DNA from: Raja brachyura
Lineage: Eukaryota
Reading direction: 5' to 3'
DNA length: 64,000 nt
Assembly: GCA_963514005.1 (NCBI GenBank)
Contig: OY740792.1
Location: 36,270,001 to 36,334,000 of the forward strand
The position numbers were made by a program, and so were the translations under genes. Shown piece by piece: positions 13,035-27,539 of the stretch (the stretch's first letter is position 1; every line of letters begins with the position of its first letter). Under the pieces are notes generated by a model. It was not told where the DNA came from, did no database searches, and saw only the letters and a program-made list of their open reading frames with translations.

Positions 13035-13485
13035 AAGATGGAAAGGGTACAGAGAAGATTTATGAGGATGTTGCCAGGACACAAGGGCCTGAGCGACAGG
13101 GAGAGGTGAAGCAGGTTAGGACTATTCCTAGGAGTGCAGAGGGATGAGGGGTGATCTCAGAGGTGTACAAAATCATGAGTGGAATAGATCGGGAGACGTA
13201 GTCTCTTGCCCATAGTAGGGGAATCGAGAACCAGAGGGTATAGGTTTAAGGTGAGGGAGGAAATATTTAATAATGACCTGAGGGGTAAAGTTTCACACAA
13301 ATGGTGGCGTGTGTATGGAATGAGCTGCCAGAAGAAATAGTTGAGGCAGATGTTTAAGAAAATGTAAGAAACATTTGATAGTTTAGAGCAATATGGGCCA
13401 AATGCAGGCAGTGGGACTAGTGTAGCTGGGAGATGTGGGCGAGTTGGGCCAAAGGGCCAGTTTCCACGCTGTATGACTATGACTT
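13035..13485 (+). mobile_element. CR1 3' fragment
   Basis: Same family as 8630-9105. Confidence 0.8.
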
Positions 13486-14071
13486 AAGTCCATAAGTCAT
13501 AGGAGCAGAAGTAAGACTTTCAGCCCATGGAGTCTACTCCGCCATTCAATCATGGTTGATCCATCTCCCCCTCTCAACCCCGTTCTCTTGCCTTCTCCCA
13601 GCTACTTGACCCTTCATCACAACTTTCCGACAGAAACCCAGCTTATTTCCCACCGTGCTTCGTTATTGAACTGAATCATATTATTATTATTATCCCAGGA
13701 TGTACAAGAAACCAGGTAAGCTGAAATCTTGAGTGAAGCACAAACTGCTGGAGGAACTCAGCAGGTCAGGCAGTGTGTGTGTGTGGAGGGAGATGTGTTC
13801 TGTCCATTTCCTTCCACAGATGCTGCCTGACCCGCTGAGTTCCTCCAGCACTTTGTGTTTCGCTTGAGATTCAAGAGCCTGCAGTTCCTTGTGTATCGAG
13901 TAACAAGGTGCTAGAATAGAATTACGAAGGGACTCAATGCTGAGAAGAATTATCCACCAAAGAAAATACTGACATTCCCGTCCCCTCGCCTCCCGCAGCG
14001 GACCTCGGAAGCCTCAGAGCGTCGCCCAGGGCATTGGGAGGTTTGCCCCCAGTCCGTTCACCCATCCTCTC

Positions 14072-15650
14072 GAGGGATCCATGCAGCACATCTTCCCATC
14101 TCCACCCCTTTCCACAAAGACCCATCCCTCTGCAATTCCCTGGTTAACGCATCCCTTCCCACCCAAACCACCCCCTCTCCAGGTACTTTCTCGTGCAACC
14201 GCAGGAGGTGCAACGCCTGTCGCTATACCTCCTCCCTCGACTCTGTCCAGGGACCACGACAGTCCTTTCAGGTGAGGCAAAGGTTCACTTGGAGGGTGAT
14301 CCAGGGTTATGCCTCCAACGCCTTCAACCTGGGCTGCAGGAGGCGCCTCGAGACCCAAAGATGGCCAGGTGGGCCGACCAGACTTTGGACTTTGAATAAT
14401 GCAACCAAAAATGGTGGCGCCCGCATGTGTAATATATGCACTTGCATTTGTGGCAAATAAAGCACCACTGAACTAATAAACTCCAACCTCAACTACTGTA
14501 TCCACTGTACAAGGTGTGCACTTCTATATTTCGGCGAGAACAAGCGCAGACTGGGCCATCGTTTCGCTGAACACCTCGCCAAGTCCGCATTGGCCTATAC
14601 GATCTCCTGGTTTCCAAGCTCTCTAACTCCCCTCCCATCCCCACACTGACCTTTCCATCCTCCATTGTCAGAGGCCACACACAAATTGAAGGAACAGCAC
14701 CTCATATTTTGCTTAGGCAGCTTAATACCCAGTGGTAAGAAAATTGATTTCCCTAACTTCAAGTAACCCTTGCATTCCCTCTCTCTCTGTCCCTCCCCCA
14801 CCCTAGTCGTCCTACTAGTATCACGGTCGTCCTGCTTAGCTTCACTCATTATCACCTTCTCCACAGCCTACAATGGGCCATTGTGGGCTCCACATTTCCT
14901 TGATCATCATTGCTGGCTTTGATTTGCTCTTTTGTACACCTTTTGATTCATTTTTTATGGATACTTTTAAGTTGTAGATTCATAGGTTCTTGATTTGTGT
15001 CAGGGGTTATGGGGAGAAGGCAGGAGAATGGGGTTGAGAGGGAAATATAGATCAGCCATGATGGAATGGCAGAGTAGAATTGATGGGCCAAATGGCCTAA
15101 TTCTGCTCCAATGACATGAAATTTGTTCTTCATGCCTTTTCATATCTCTAGTTTTCCTGCCCCCTCTCAGTCTGAAGAAGGGTCTCAATTCGAAAAGTCA
15201 CCTATTCCTTTTCTCCAGAGATGCTGGATAACATATTTACATATAAAACTATAAATGGACTGGACAAGCTAGATGCAGGAAAAATTTTCCCAATGTTGGG
15301 CGAGTCCAGAACCAGGGGCCACAGTCTTAAAATAAAGGGGAGGCCATTTAAGACTGAGGTGAGAAAAAACTTTTTCACCCAGAGAGTTGTGAATTTGTGG
15401 GATTCCCTGTCACAGAGGGCAGTGGAGGCCAAATTGCTGGATGGATTTAAGAGAGAGGTAGATAGAGCTCATGGGGCTAGTGGAATCAAGGGATACGAGT
15501 ATAAGGCACGCACGGGTTGTTGATTTGGACAATCAGCCATGATCACAATGAATGGCGGTGCTGGCCCGAAGGACCGAATGGCCTCCTCCTGCACCTATTT
15601 TCTATGTTTCTATGCTGCCTGACCTCCATCCAGCATTTTGTGTCTATTTT
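14072..15650 (+). mobile_element. Degenerate Penelope-like element 3' part with nested insertions
   Basis: CNRRRCNAC..QGPRQSFQVRQRFT, then YCIHCTRC.LLYFGENKRRLGHRFAEHL; hammerhead-like core at ~15172. Interrupted at ~14291-14478 and by CR1 pieces (~14965-15120; ~15227-15611 with ATGCTG TSD). Confidence 0.8.
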
Positions 15651-16788
15651 AGATGGATTGGCAGATAGCTTCAGAAAGGGAGAAGTGCTGCATCAGACCT
15701 GCATGGGGAAGCTATCTCATAGCTGCTGTAAGTGCACTATTTACCACAACCTATTCCCATTTTGCTATTTTCCCCATCAGACCACAGGTGAGATGGAAAC
15801 CACACACATGCCACAGCATGAAAACACACCTTGCACATCTGCATGCACAGGCAAAACCTATTAGTCATCATTTCAGCCAACTTTCTTTTTCTTTAAGCGT
15901 CAGGCAGCCTGCACCTGGGGCAGAACAATCTGATGACAACTGGTAGCCCCAGAACTGCCATGATAACAATATCATCTTTCCCAAATAAGACCACACAGAG
16001 GAGCCTCTACTGAGAGAAACTACTTTGACTTCATTGATGCATCATGGGAACAGCTTCTTCGGCCCATCAAGTCCATGCCGACCATTGATCACCTATTCAC
16101 ACTAGTTCTATGTTATCCCACTTTCTCATCCACTCCCTACACACTTTGGGACAATTTACAGAGGGCCAATTAACCCACAAACCCGCATATCACAAGTTAA
16201 TGGGCAGAATGAGGCCATTTGGCCCATTAAGTCTATTCGCCATTCAATCATGGCTGATCTGTCTTTCCCTTTCAACCCCATTCTCCTGCCTTACCCCTGT
16301 AATCCCCGACACCCTTTGGGTCTTTGGGATGTGGGAGGAAATTGGAGCACCCGGAGGAAACCCACACGGTCACAGGCAGAACATGCAAACTCAACACAGG
16401 CAGCACCTGCGATCAGGATGGAACCTAAGTCCCAGGTGCTGTGAGGAAGCAGCTCTACCAGATGTGTTTTTTTACTTTGGCAAAGTAAACTTAATTATGT
16501 CTAAAAAGTGGTTCATTAGTAATGTGCAGCGGGCAATTTGCATTTTACCGGGGCAAATTGCCCAAAAGAGGGAGGGACTAGTCATTGCCAAATGCAAAAA
16601 CACAAAGCGCTGGAGGAACTCAGGAGGTCAGGCAGCATTGGTGCAGGGAATGTACAGGTGATGTTTCTGGTCAGGAACCTTCTTCAGACCCTGAAGAAGC
16701 GCAAAGATGGGTCCTGAACCAAAACTCATATCGTTTGCAGGTGCAAGGAACAGCAGCAAATTCTTGATGAAAGTGAAAGCAAAATAAT

Positions 16789-17117
16789 AGCCCTGTCCCA
16801 CGGTGCGAGTTCATTGCAAGAGCTCTCCCGAGTTAAAAAAACAAACAAACTCGTGGTAAGCACGGAGAATGAACGTAGCGGGTATGTCGGAGCTTGGGGA
16901 CGTCTCTTAGCGGCTCGTACCGCTAATGGCAGGTACTTGGGAAGACTCGCTAACGGCAGGTAAGCACGGGAAGACTAGAGAAGATTTTTCAACATGTTGA
17001 AAAATGTCCACGAGAGCCCCGAGTACCGACGAGTGGCCATTGCCGTAAATCTCCGAGTTCGAATCAGGGCAAGCTCGGGAGAACTCTAGGAATGAACTCG
17101 TACCGTGGGACAGGGGT
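16789..17117. mobile_element. MITE with ~45-bp TIRs (PIF/Harbinger-like)
   Basis: AGCCCTGTCCCACGGTGCGAGTTCATT.. pairs with ..AATGAACTCGTACCGTGGGACAGGGGT. TAA/TTA-rich flanks, CpG-rich interior with an internal ~24-bp repeat. Confidence 0.75.
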
Positions 17118-20029
17118 TTAAATCCCTGCCATTTCCCATTAACTACTTTATCTTTCTGTTCACATGAAAGATTTTATTTGCAGTTTTGATATTTCTTGCA
17201 AGCTAACTCTCCTAATGTACTTTACCCACACTCCCTTAAGTCATCTTTTGCCGGCTTCTAAAATGTTTCCATTCTTCTGGACTTCCACTATTCCTTGCCT
17301 TCTCTTTCAGCTTCTTTATAAATCTTGTTGATTCTGCAACTTCCTAACAACCGCTCCCAATTTCACTGCCCCACCTAATGCTAATAAGCACAAATGAGGC
17401 CGCCTGCATCGAATTTACAAAACACACAAAGTGCTGGAGTAACTCAGCAGGTCAGACAACATCTCTGGAGAACATATCTCAGCTTAGGACCCTTCCTCAG
17501 ACAAGACGTAACCTATCTATGTTCTCCAGAGATGTGGTCTGAGCCGCTGAGTAACTCCAGCACTTTATGTCCTTTTCATAATGTTCAGAAATGATAGGAA
17601 TAGAATTAGGCCATTCGGCCCATCAAGTCTATTTCGTCATTCAATCATGGCTGATCTATCTTCCCCTCTTAACCCCATTCTCCTGCCTTCTCTCCATAAC
17701 CCCCCGACACTAATCAATAATCTATCTATCTCTGCCTTAAAAATATCCATTGACGGCCTCCACAGCCTTCTGTGACAACGAATTCCACAGATTCACCACC
17801 CTCCGACTGAATAAATTCCTCCTCATCTCCTTCCTAAAGGAATTTCCTTTTATTCTGAGGCTATGACTTCTGGTCCTAGACTCTCCCACCAGTGGAAACA
17901 TCCTCTCCACATTCACTCTATCCAGGCCAAATTAGCTTAGTGGAAATAGGCCCACTGAGTCCACTCCGGCCATTGATTTCCTGTACACTCGTTCTATCCT
18001 ACCCACTAGGAACAATTTCCAGAAGTCAATTAACCTACAAACCTGTACGTCTTTGGAAAGTGCAAAGAAAACGGAGCACCCAGAGAAAACCCACATCATC
18101 ACAGGGAGAATGTGGTTTGTTTATTATGTTCATGAAGTAGAAAGATTGATTTATACTATTTTCAAAACTCAAGAACATTGGCACAGGGTGGAATATATTA
18201 TACTCAATACTAAATGCAGGCTTCACACAAGAATGGTAAAAAAAACTCATTCAATGGTGGTGGCAGAAGATGAAGTGTAGATCCATGGAGCTTAGTTACT
18301 CGTCACTTCAGTCAAGATATTTATCTTTAACTATATAAAATTATGAGGCATAGATAGGGTAGACAGTCAGAACATTTTACCCCCAGGGTGGAAATATCAA
18401 ATACTAGAGGGCATAGTTTTATAGTCGGACAGGCAAAGATGAAGGATATGTGCACATGTTTTGTTTACTATAGATAGTGGTAGGTGCCTGGAATCTGCTG
18501 CCAGGGGTGGTGGTGGAGGCAGATATGATAGTGGCATTTAAGAGGCTTTTAGATAGGCAGATGGATATGTAGGGAATGGAGGGATGTGGTTTATGTGCAG
18601 GCTGGGGAGATCAGTTTAACTTGGCATCTGTGGATTTCTTGATTTTAATCATGTGAAGTCTTTCTTTTGTCTGGAGAGATATGTTTACACAAGCCAATTA
18701 CCTACAAACCTGCACGTCTGTGGGATGTGGGACAAAAACCGGAGCACCCGGGGGAAACCCATGCAGTCACCGGGAGAACGTGCAAACTCAGCACAGACAG
18801 CTGAAGTCAGAATCAAACCCGGGTCTCTGGCGCTGTGAGGCAGCAGCTCTACTGTTCTCTCCATCTCTATATTCCTGTATATTTCTTTAACAATATTCAT
18901 CAATTTTCTCATTTAAAGTAGTCAGCACATTTTTTCCCCAAAGTTTTTCTCAACAGCCATTTGCGGTAAAGCATTCTAAGTCTTAATAACCCCTTTATCC
19001 CTATCCATGGTCCGGCGATAATCCTAAACACATGTTCCTTATTGCTATTCCACCAAGTGCTGGGAATAGTCATTGACTTTCTCAATATCTTTCACAATTC
19101 CCAAAGCTGCAGCTGGACCACTAATCCTTTGGCTCCAGTCAAAAACGTCATCAATATTAAGGCACATTAAATTATACCCCTATTTCCATTTAGTTTCAAG
19201 GAAAGTTCTGAGATTTTCCTCATCCATGACTGAAAGAACTTTCCTCCAAAAAATGTGCCCGAAATGCATTTAATTAAAGCTCTGAACAAAAGAAAAACAA
19301 TTTGCTTTGCTGTTCATTGTTGAAGGAGGCTGAAGGGTGATAGGGTGAATGCAGTCTTTTACCCAGAGCAGGGAGGATCGAGAACATGTGGACATCAGTT
19401 TAAGGTGAGGAAAGAGGATAGATCTAATAGGAACCAGCAGGGCTACCTTTTTTTACACAGAGGGTGGTAGGTGTACGGAACGAGCTGCCAGAGGAGGTGG
19501 ATGAGGCAGGCATTTCACAATGTTTAAAAAACATTCAGACAGATACATAGATAGGATATGTTTAGAGGAATATGTGCCAAACACAGGCAGATGGGACTAG
19601 TGTAGTTGGGCATGTTTGTCTGTGTGGGCAAGTTGGGCCGAAGGGCCTGCTTCCACGCAGAATGACACTACGAATATACGTAGCCCCCATATTACAGGGG
19701 ATGGGTATGTGTTCTGTGTTCTTGTCTTATGGGCGAGGGGAGGAGGGAGTGACCTGGCGTGGGGGGAGGGCCGTGATGGACGGTGGGAAAACAAAGGGGG
19801 ACCCGGTGTGGGGTGGGGCGGGATGACTAGTTTAGAATCCTCTGCCCAGCAGATAAGTCTGCGTTCGTTTGTTTGTTCATTTGTACTGGTGAAGGCGCTG
19901 TGCACATGGCCACCGGCCAACGGTCGCATGTCATTTTCTTTTCGTTTTCACTTTTAATTTCAAGTTTTCATGTACCTTGTGTTGTGACTGCTGGCAGACC
20001 AATTTAATGAGTTTTATCGTATCGTAATC

Positions 20030-20935
20030 GAGGACCTGCGCCAATCTCTGCCTTAAAAATATTAATTGACATCCTCCACAGCTGCCTGTGGAAATGAATT
20101 CCACAGATTCACCATCCTCTGATTGAAGAAAATTCCCCATTTTCTTCCTAAAGATGCGTCCTTTTATTCTGAAGTTATAACCCAAGGGTAGGCAACCTTG
20201 TTCTGCATAGGGGCCGGGACGTATGTTTGTGAGCGGATGGCGAGCCGCATCTATCACGTGTATACATGGGCCCGGATGGCAGGCATCAAATCACATGTTC
20301 ACAGAAGTTAGACAAAAATGCTGAGGCAGCCTCATGCAATCCTTGCATTTCTCACCCGTTGAGTTTCTCCAGCATTTTTGTCTATCTTAGATTTTTCCAG
20401 CAGCTGCAGTTGTTAAACGTGTTCACAGAAAGTGCGCGGTCGTGCTGGTGGCTTTGCGCAGGATGCGGTACAGCCAGAGCTCGGTGGGCCGGATGATTAT
20501 GGAGGAAAAAATCCGCCTACGGGCCGGATGATTTTGGATTACAGACCGCATTCGGCCCAGGGGGCGTAGATTGCCGACCCCTGCGATAGCCTATGGTCCT
20601 AGACTCTCCCACTGGTGGAAACATCCTCTCCGCCTCCACCCTTTCACTATTCGGTAAGTTGCAATGAGGTCATCCTTCTAAACTCCAGCGCGTACAGGCC
20701 CAGTTCCGTCAAACGCTTATCATAGGTTAAACCAATTATCCCTCGGATCATTCTCGTAAACCTCTGGGCTCTCTCCAGTGCCAGAACATCCTTCCTCAGG
20801 TATGGGGCCCAAAACTGCTCACAATGCTTCAAATGCGGTCTGACCAAAGCCTCATAAAGCCTCAGCATTACATTTTATATTCAAGTCCTCTAGAAATAAA
20901 TGCTAGCTTTGCATTTGCCTTCCTTACTAATGATT
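20030..20935 (-). mobile_element. CR1 LINE fragment interrupted by a hAT MITE
   Basis: LYEALVRPHL..QFWAPYLRKDVLALER. CR1 sequence resumes after 20591. Confidence 0.8.
20183..20583. mobile_element. hAT (Charlie-like) MITE containing a nested PLE fragment
   Basis: TIRs CAAGGGTAGGCAACC / GATTGCCGACCCCTG. Degenerate 8-bp flanks TTATAACC / CGATAGCC. Confidence 0.6.
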
Positions 20936-21424
20936 CAAAACCGTATGTTCTTTTGCATACTAACGGCAAGAGTGCAGAGAATTGCAGGCAGCCTGTGTGA
21001 CGTGCTTCAGTCATGAATAGACAAGCCGGAGACAACATGGATAAAGGGTCTATTCTCTCACGGGCGAGCATCAGAAGTAGTTTGCAAGAAATGTTTAATG
21101 TAGCTCTCAAACAGATAGTAGAGTTGCACAACGGAGTTTGAAATGGCTGCTGAATTAGGAGACATGGTAATGTTTAATGGATCAGAAGGTTAGAAGAACA
21201 AGATAGACAAACTGAGCATATTAAACCAGGGGAGCTGCAATTCAACATGGGGGGTCTGACTAACTGCTTTGGAACAAGGAACAACGATGGGAATTTCTTC
21301 TCAACTGAAAGATTAAGAGCCAGTTAGGCAATTGAAAACTGAACAATGTTTTTAAATTGGGTAAAATAAATCAAGGAATTATGGCAAAGATGCTGGGAAC
21401 ACAAATCAGAATACAATTTAAGGC

Positions 21425-21645
21425 ACAAAACACAACATGTTATAGTAACTCAGCGGGTCAGGCAGCATCTCTGTAAAACATGGATAGGTGATGTTTTAGG
21501 TCGGGATTGTTCTGCAGATTGATGAAGGGTCCAACACGAAACTTCATCGACCCATGTTTTTCCCGAGTTTCTGCCCAGCCCGTTGAGTTACTCCAGCACT
21601 TTGTCTTTTTTTTGTAAGCCAGCATTGGCAGTTCCTTCTGTCTAC
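21425..21645. repeat. PLE-derived fold-back element
   Basis: Inverted arms with a TGATGAAGGGTCCAACACGAAAC core remnant. Confidence 0.7.
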
Positions 21646-21877
21646 AATTAAAGGCAAACTACGTTTGAGTAGCTGAATGCATATTCGGACATTCTCAACC
21701 CATTCTTCTCACGCATTGTTTCCACAGAACTCCCGAGACAATGGCAGGCATTGCAACATGCATGGTAGAAAGAAATGCACTTGTGAGCCTCCCAACTGGA
21801 ACATTATTGCCAAGATGCTTGGTCAAATAATTCTGCTGTCAATGACGGCACACAAAACACACAAATGGAAGAACGTG

Positions 21878-22212
21878 ATTTGGGAACAGCTCCATCCAAG
21901 ACCACAAGAAATTGCAGAGAATTGTGGACGCAGCCCAGACCATCACACAAACATCCATTGATTCAATTTACACTTTACAAGGCCACCAGCATAATCAAAG
22001 CATGCATAATCAAAGACCAGTCTCACCCCGGCCACTGCCTCTTCTACCCTACCCTCAGGCAAGACGTACAGAAGCGTGAAAACACACACCTTCAGATTCA
22101 GGGACAGTTTCTTTCCCTGCTGTTATCAGGCAACTGAACCAGCCTATCACCAACTAGAGAGCAGTCCTGAGCTACTATCTACCTCATTGGAGACCCTCAG
22201 ACTATCTTTGAT
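21878..22212 (+). mobile_element. Rex1/Babar LINE fragment
   Basis: IIKDQSHPGHCLF..KTHTFRFRDSFFP. Confidence 0.75.
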
Positions 22213-22854
22213 CAGAGGGTTACACAAAAAGCTGTCAAAACTCAGCGGGTGCAGCAGCATCTAAGGAGCGAAGGAGATAGGCGACGTTTCGGGTCGAGAC
22301 TTTACTTCGGAAGGCAAACATGGATCGGTGAAGGATGGCATCATGTTCAGCACAGTCATTATGAGCCAAAGGGCTGTACTGGTCCATGTTCTTAATGCTT
22401 ACTTTAGATATCCAAACCAGTAACAGGCCCTTCGGCCCACCGGGTCTACACCAACCAGTGATCACCCTGTACACTACCACTATTCAACACACTAGGGACA
22501 ACTTACAATTTTTTACTGAAAGCCGGTTGACTTAAAAACCTGTACATATATTCTTAAACGTGTGAAACATGGAGAGAATGTGCAAACTCTGTATAGACAA
22601 CACCTGTGTCAGGATCGATCCCGGGTCTCTGGCGCTGCGAGGCAGCAACTCTACCGATACGTCACTGGGTCACCGTGCCAATGTTTACACGTATTTCCCA
22701 GAAAGATTTCACTCCATTCATCCAAGTCAAATTCACAAATCAAAAACAAAACCAAAACGTAAACCAAAATATAAATCGACTGGAATGTTTATCGAGTGTC
22801 ATGAGCAAATACTGCCATCACATCACACATTACAATTAAAATACTTTGAATGCG

Positions 22855-23300
22855 TAGGAAGGAACTGCAGATGCTGGTTTGCACGGAAGATAGACACCAA
22901 ATGCTGGAGTAACTTGACGGGTCAGGCAGCATCTCTGGAGGAAAGGAATAGGTGCCATTTTGGGTTGAGACCCTTCTTCAGGCTGAGAGTCGGGGGAGAG
23001 GGAAACTGGAGGTATGAAAAGGTACAAAGAACAAAAGAATGAAAGGCATGAAATAAATAAATCAAGGCTAGAAAGGATGTTCAATGAAAGGCAGAGCCCA
23101 CAATGGTTCATTGTTGGCTGTGGAAGAGACGATAACGAGGAGATATGAACAGTTAATTGTTCTTTTCATACATTTCATTGTTTGGTTCTTTATACCTTTT
23201 CATCCCTCTAGTTACCCTGTCCCCGACTTTCAGTCTGAAGAAGGGTCTCAACCCGAAACATCACCTATCCCTTTTCTGTAGAGATGCTGCCTGACCAGCA
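22855..23300. repeat. Long PLE-derived fold-back element with hammerhead cores on both strands
   Basis: ..GAGACCCTTCTTCAG at ~22967 and CTGAAGAAGGGTCTCAACCCGAAACATC at ~23235. Confidence 0.75.
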
Positions 23301-23577
23301 GTTTGTATCTATCTAAAGAAGTTTAAGGTTTAGTTGTAATAATTCTGACAATTGAAATGGAACAAAATAACTTTAATCCAATCTTTCAGTTGAGATGGTT
23401 TGGGGAGGTACATTGTGCAAGATATCCAGCAAAGGACCCTGTTCTTCTGAACTGTGCTGTATCTACACGTGTCAGACTCTGAAGAACGTCCTGACTCAAA
23501 ATGTCACCTATCCACGTCCTCTAGAGATACTGTCTGACCTGCTGAGTTACTCCAGCATCTAAAGCTCCTTGTGTCCA

Positions 23578-24815
23578 TAGACAATAGGTGCATGAGTAGG
23601 CCATCCGGCCCTTCGAGACAGCACCGCCATTCAATATGATCATGGCTGATCATCCACAATCAGTACCCCATTCCTGTCTTCTCGCCATATCCCCTGACTC
23701 CACTATCTTTAAGAGATATCCAACTCTCTCTTGAAAGGATCCAAAGAATTGGCTGCCGCTGCCTTCTGAGGCAAAGGCAGAGAATTCCACAGATTCACAA
23801 CTCACTTGGTGAAAAAGTTTTTCTTCATCTCCGTTCAAATGGCCTACCCCTTATTCTTAAACTGTGGCCCCTAGTTCTGGACTCCCCCAACATTGGGAAC
23901 ATGTTTTCTGCCTCTAGCGTGAATAATCCATTAATAATCTTATCTGTTTCAATGAGATCCACTCTCATCCTTCTCAATTCCAGAGTACAAAAGCCCAGCC
24001 ACTCTTCTGTCAATTTATGACAGTCCTGCTATCCCGGGAATTAACCTCGTGAACCTACGCTGAACTCCCTCAATAGCAATAATGTCCTTCCTTAAATTTG
24101 GAGACCAAAATTGCACACAATACTCCAGCAGTGGTCTCACTAGGGCCCTGTACAACTACAGAAGGACACCTCTTCTCCTATACTCAAGTCCTCTTGTTAT
24201 GAAGGCCAACATGCCATTCGCTTTCTTCACTACCTGCCGTACCTGCATGCTTACTTTCAGTGACTTATGAACAAGGACCCCCAGATCTTGTTGTACTTCC
24301 CATTTTCCTAACTTGACACCATTCAGATATTAATCTGCCTTCCAGTTTTTGCCACCAAAGTGGATAACCTCAAATTTATCCACATTAAACTGCATCTGCC
24401 CACTCACCCAACCTGTCCAAGTCACCCTGCATCCTCATAGCATCCTCCTCACTGTTCACACTGCCACCCAGCTTTGTGTCATCTGCAAATTTGCTAATGT
24501 TACTTTTAATCTCGTCATATAAATCATTAATGTATATTGTAAATAGCTGCGGTCCCAGCACCGAGCCTTGCGGTACCCCACTAGTCACTGAGAGAGACCC
24601 GTTAATCCCTACTCTTTGTTTGCTGTCTGCCAACCAATTTTCTATCCATGTCAGTACCTACCCCCAAAACCATGTGCTCTAATTTTGCCCACTAATCTCC
24701 TATGTGGGACCGTGTCAAATACTTTCTGAAAGTCCAGGTACACTACATCCACTGGCTCTCCCTTGTCCATTTTCCTAGTTACATCCTCAAAAAATTGCAG
24801 AAGATTAGTCAAGCA
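23578..24815 (-). mobile_element. CR1 LINE fragment (RT to 3' end)
   Basis: GVPQGSVLGPQLF, FADDTK and RTRGHSLRIRGRPF, with frameshifts. Confidence 0.88.
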
Positions 24816-25218
24816 TGTTCTGTTGTATTCAGTGGCTTATTTCCAAGGCCACCGTCTCTTTAAGTCACTCACTCACATTTAAAGAAAGACACTTTAATGA
24901 ATTGGGTAATTATTAATTTATTGTATTATGATCATTATATATTTATCTGTATATTGTTGTATTAATGGGCCTGTTAAGCTGCAGCAAGTACGAATGTCAT
25001 TGTTTTCACTGATACATATGGCAATTAAACACTCTTGACTCCAGTTTTATCGCTTATCTGTACGTCTATTATCGGCTTGTTTTTTTTATCAAATCTGGAG
25101 GCAGCCAGCATTATGGAAGACCCACACCGCCCTGGCCACACTCTCACTTTTCACTCCTACTATTCGGAAGAAGGTACAAGAATCTGAAAACCCTGACCAC
25201 CAGGTTGAGGAAGAGCAA

Positions 25219-25510
25219 GGGCAGCACAGTGGCGCAGCGGAAGAGTTGCCGCCTGACAGCGCCAGACACCCGGGTTCGATCCTGACTATTGGTGCTGTCC
25301 GTATGGAGATTGCACATTCTCCCTGTGACTGCATGAGATTTGTCTTGGAGATCCATTTTCCTCCCACACTCAAAGGTTGTAAAGTTAGATTAGTAAAATT
25401 ATGAATTGTCCCTAGTGTGTTTGTTAGTGCTCGTATACGGAGTGATCACTGGTCAGCGCGGACACGGTGGGCCGAAGGGCCTGTTTCCACACAGTATCTC
25501 TGAAGTCTAA
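25219..25510 (+). mobile_element. HE1-like V-SINE inserted in a Rex1 fragment
   Basis: GGGCAGCACAGTGGCGCAGCGG..GGTTCGATCC head. Confidence 0.8.
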
Positions 25511-27539
25511 AGAAGTAAGTTATTTTGCCTATGAAAAAGCCAAATGGAAAATGTATCTCAACAGCATGCAGACCCTGCCAAGCTTCAAAAAGGCCAGCAC
25601 GAAACTTGCAGCTTGAAATAACTTGTGCCCTAAATGTATGAGGTTTCTGTTCTATGTGTCAGGTCTCCAGCAGATTGTGCTTGTTATTAGTGACTGACAC
25701 AATGGCAGTCATGGTTAACTCTTAGATTATTCAGAAAAAACATGACACCAAATCCAAAACTGAAAGTAAAAAGCCAGTTAACTACACCCAGAGGAGATCA
25801 GCTATATTTAATAAACACAGAAATGCATCAAATGTTATAGTGGATATATGGAACAATGTTAAAAATATATTTGGACAGGTACATGGATAGGAGAGATTTA
25901 GAGGGATGTGGGCCAACACTTCACACTATACACTTCATGCTGTCTTGGCAAGACCACTGGCATAATCAAGGACCAGTCTCATCCAAGTCACTTCCTCTTC
26001 TCATTTACAGAGGCTGATTAACCCACACACCTGAACGTCTTTGGGATGAAACCAGAGCACCCGGAGGACACCCACATGGTCACAGGGAGAAAGTGCAAAC
26101 TCTGCACAGAGAGCAGCCGAGGTCAGGATTGGATCATGTGGTACAGCCGCTACCTCACAGTACCAGGGACCCGGGTTCGATCCTGACTACAGGTGCTATC
26201 TGTGAGAAGTTTTCCCTGTGACCACGTGGGTTTCTTCCGGATACTCCAGTTTTCTCCCATATTCCTAAGATATACAGGTTTGTAGGTAATTGATTTCTGT
26301 AAATTGTCCCTAGTGTATTGGATGGAACTAGTGTGTAGGAAAGAACTGCAGATGCTGGTCTAAATCGAAGGTAGACACAAAATGCTGGAGTAACTCAGGC
26401 AGCATCTCTGGAGAGACGGAATGGGTGACGCTTCGGGTCGAGAGCCTTCTTCAGACTTAATCTGAACTAGTGTTTGGGAATCACTGGTCAGCACAGCCTT
26501 AATGGGCTGAAGGACCCTTTTCCACGCTTTATCTCTCTAAAGTCTAGAGTCTAAATCTCCTCACGTCTGCTTCTGAAGGTCTTCTCACCTATGACTTTAC
26601 ATCATTTTTGGCCAACTATGACGTAGGGCCACTGGATTTTAAAATGGACACAAAATGCTGGAATAACAGCAGGTCAGGCAGCATCTCTGGAGAAAATGCA
26701 TAGTTGACGTTTCGGATCAGGACCCCTTCCTCAGACCCAACCTGAAACGTTGCATATCCATGTTCCCCAGAGATGCCACCTAAGTTACTAAGTTAAATGA
26801 CTAAGTTACTCCAGCATTTTGTGTCCATTTTTATATAACACTGTTTTAGTGTAGACAAAATCCAGTGGCACTTTATCCTGGTCGGCCAAAATTCGCAGTC
26901 AAAGATGAGACCATATAAGCCAGTCTCTGCAGTTCATTTTTATTCCATTCTATAAAAATGAATGTTGTTGTTGTCGTGTAGGGTTACAAATGAACAATGA
27001 CCACATGGGCAAGGTAAAAGGGAGTGATTAGCACAGTGAAACCATACTTCAATGGCAATAGTGAAAAGTAGCTTAAACCCATACAAATGCAACTGGTAAC
27101 ACCATACCATGACTCCATACAAATTCCCTACAATACGACTCAGCTGCCAATTTCCTCAAAACTTTTTTTAGGGCAGCGCCATGGCAACGGTGAGGTGCAC
27201 AAAAAATGTTTGGTGTGAGCTTCTCCATTCTGCCGAGCTTGGGGACATTTCTGTGGCAAATGTTATATGAGCAACATCCGAGGTTACCGAACACGCAGAC
27301 TGCAAGCACGTTCAGATTTGCTGAAGTGAAGATTGAGATTGTTGAAGTGAAACACAACAATCTCGGGGAATTCTTGTTCCTCGGGATGAGTCACCCAAAC
27401 AGCATTTTGACACCGCACAGGCTTCGGAAGTCAAAGCTGACATTATTTCAGTTTAGTTTATTATTGTCACATGCATCGAGGTACAGTTTTATGCTGCGTG
27501 CTATCCTGTCAGGGGGAAAACTATGCATGATTACATGTC

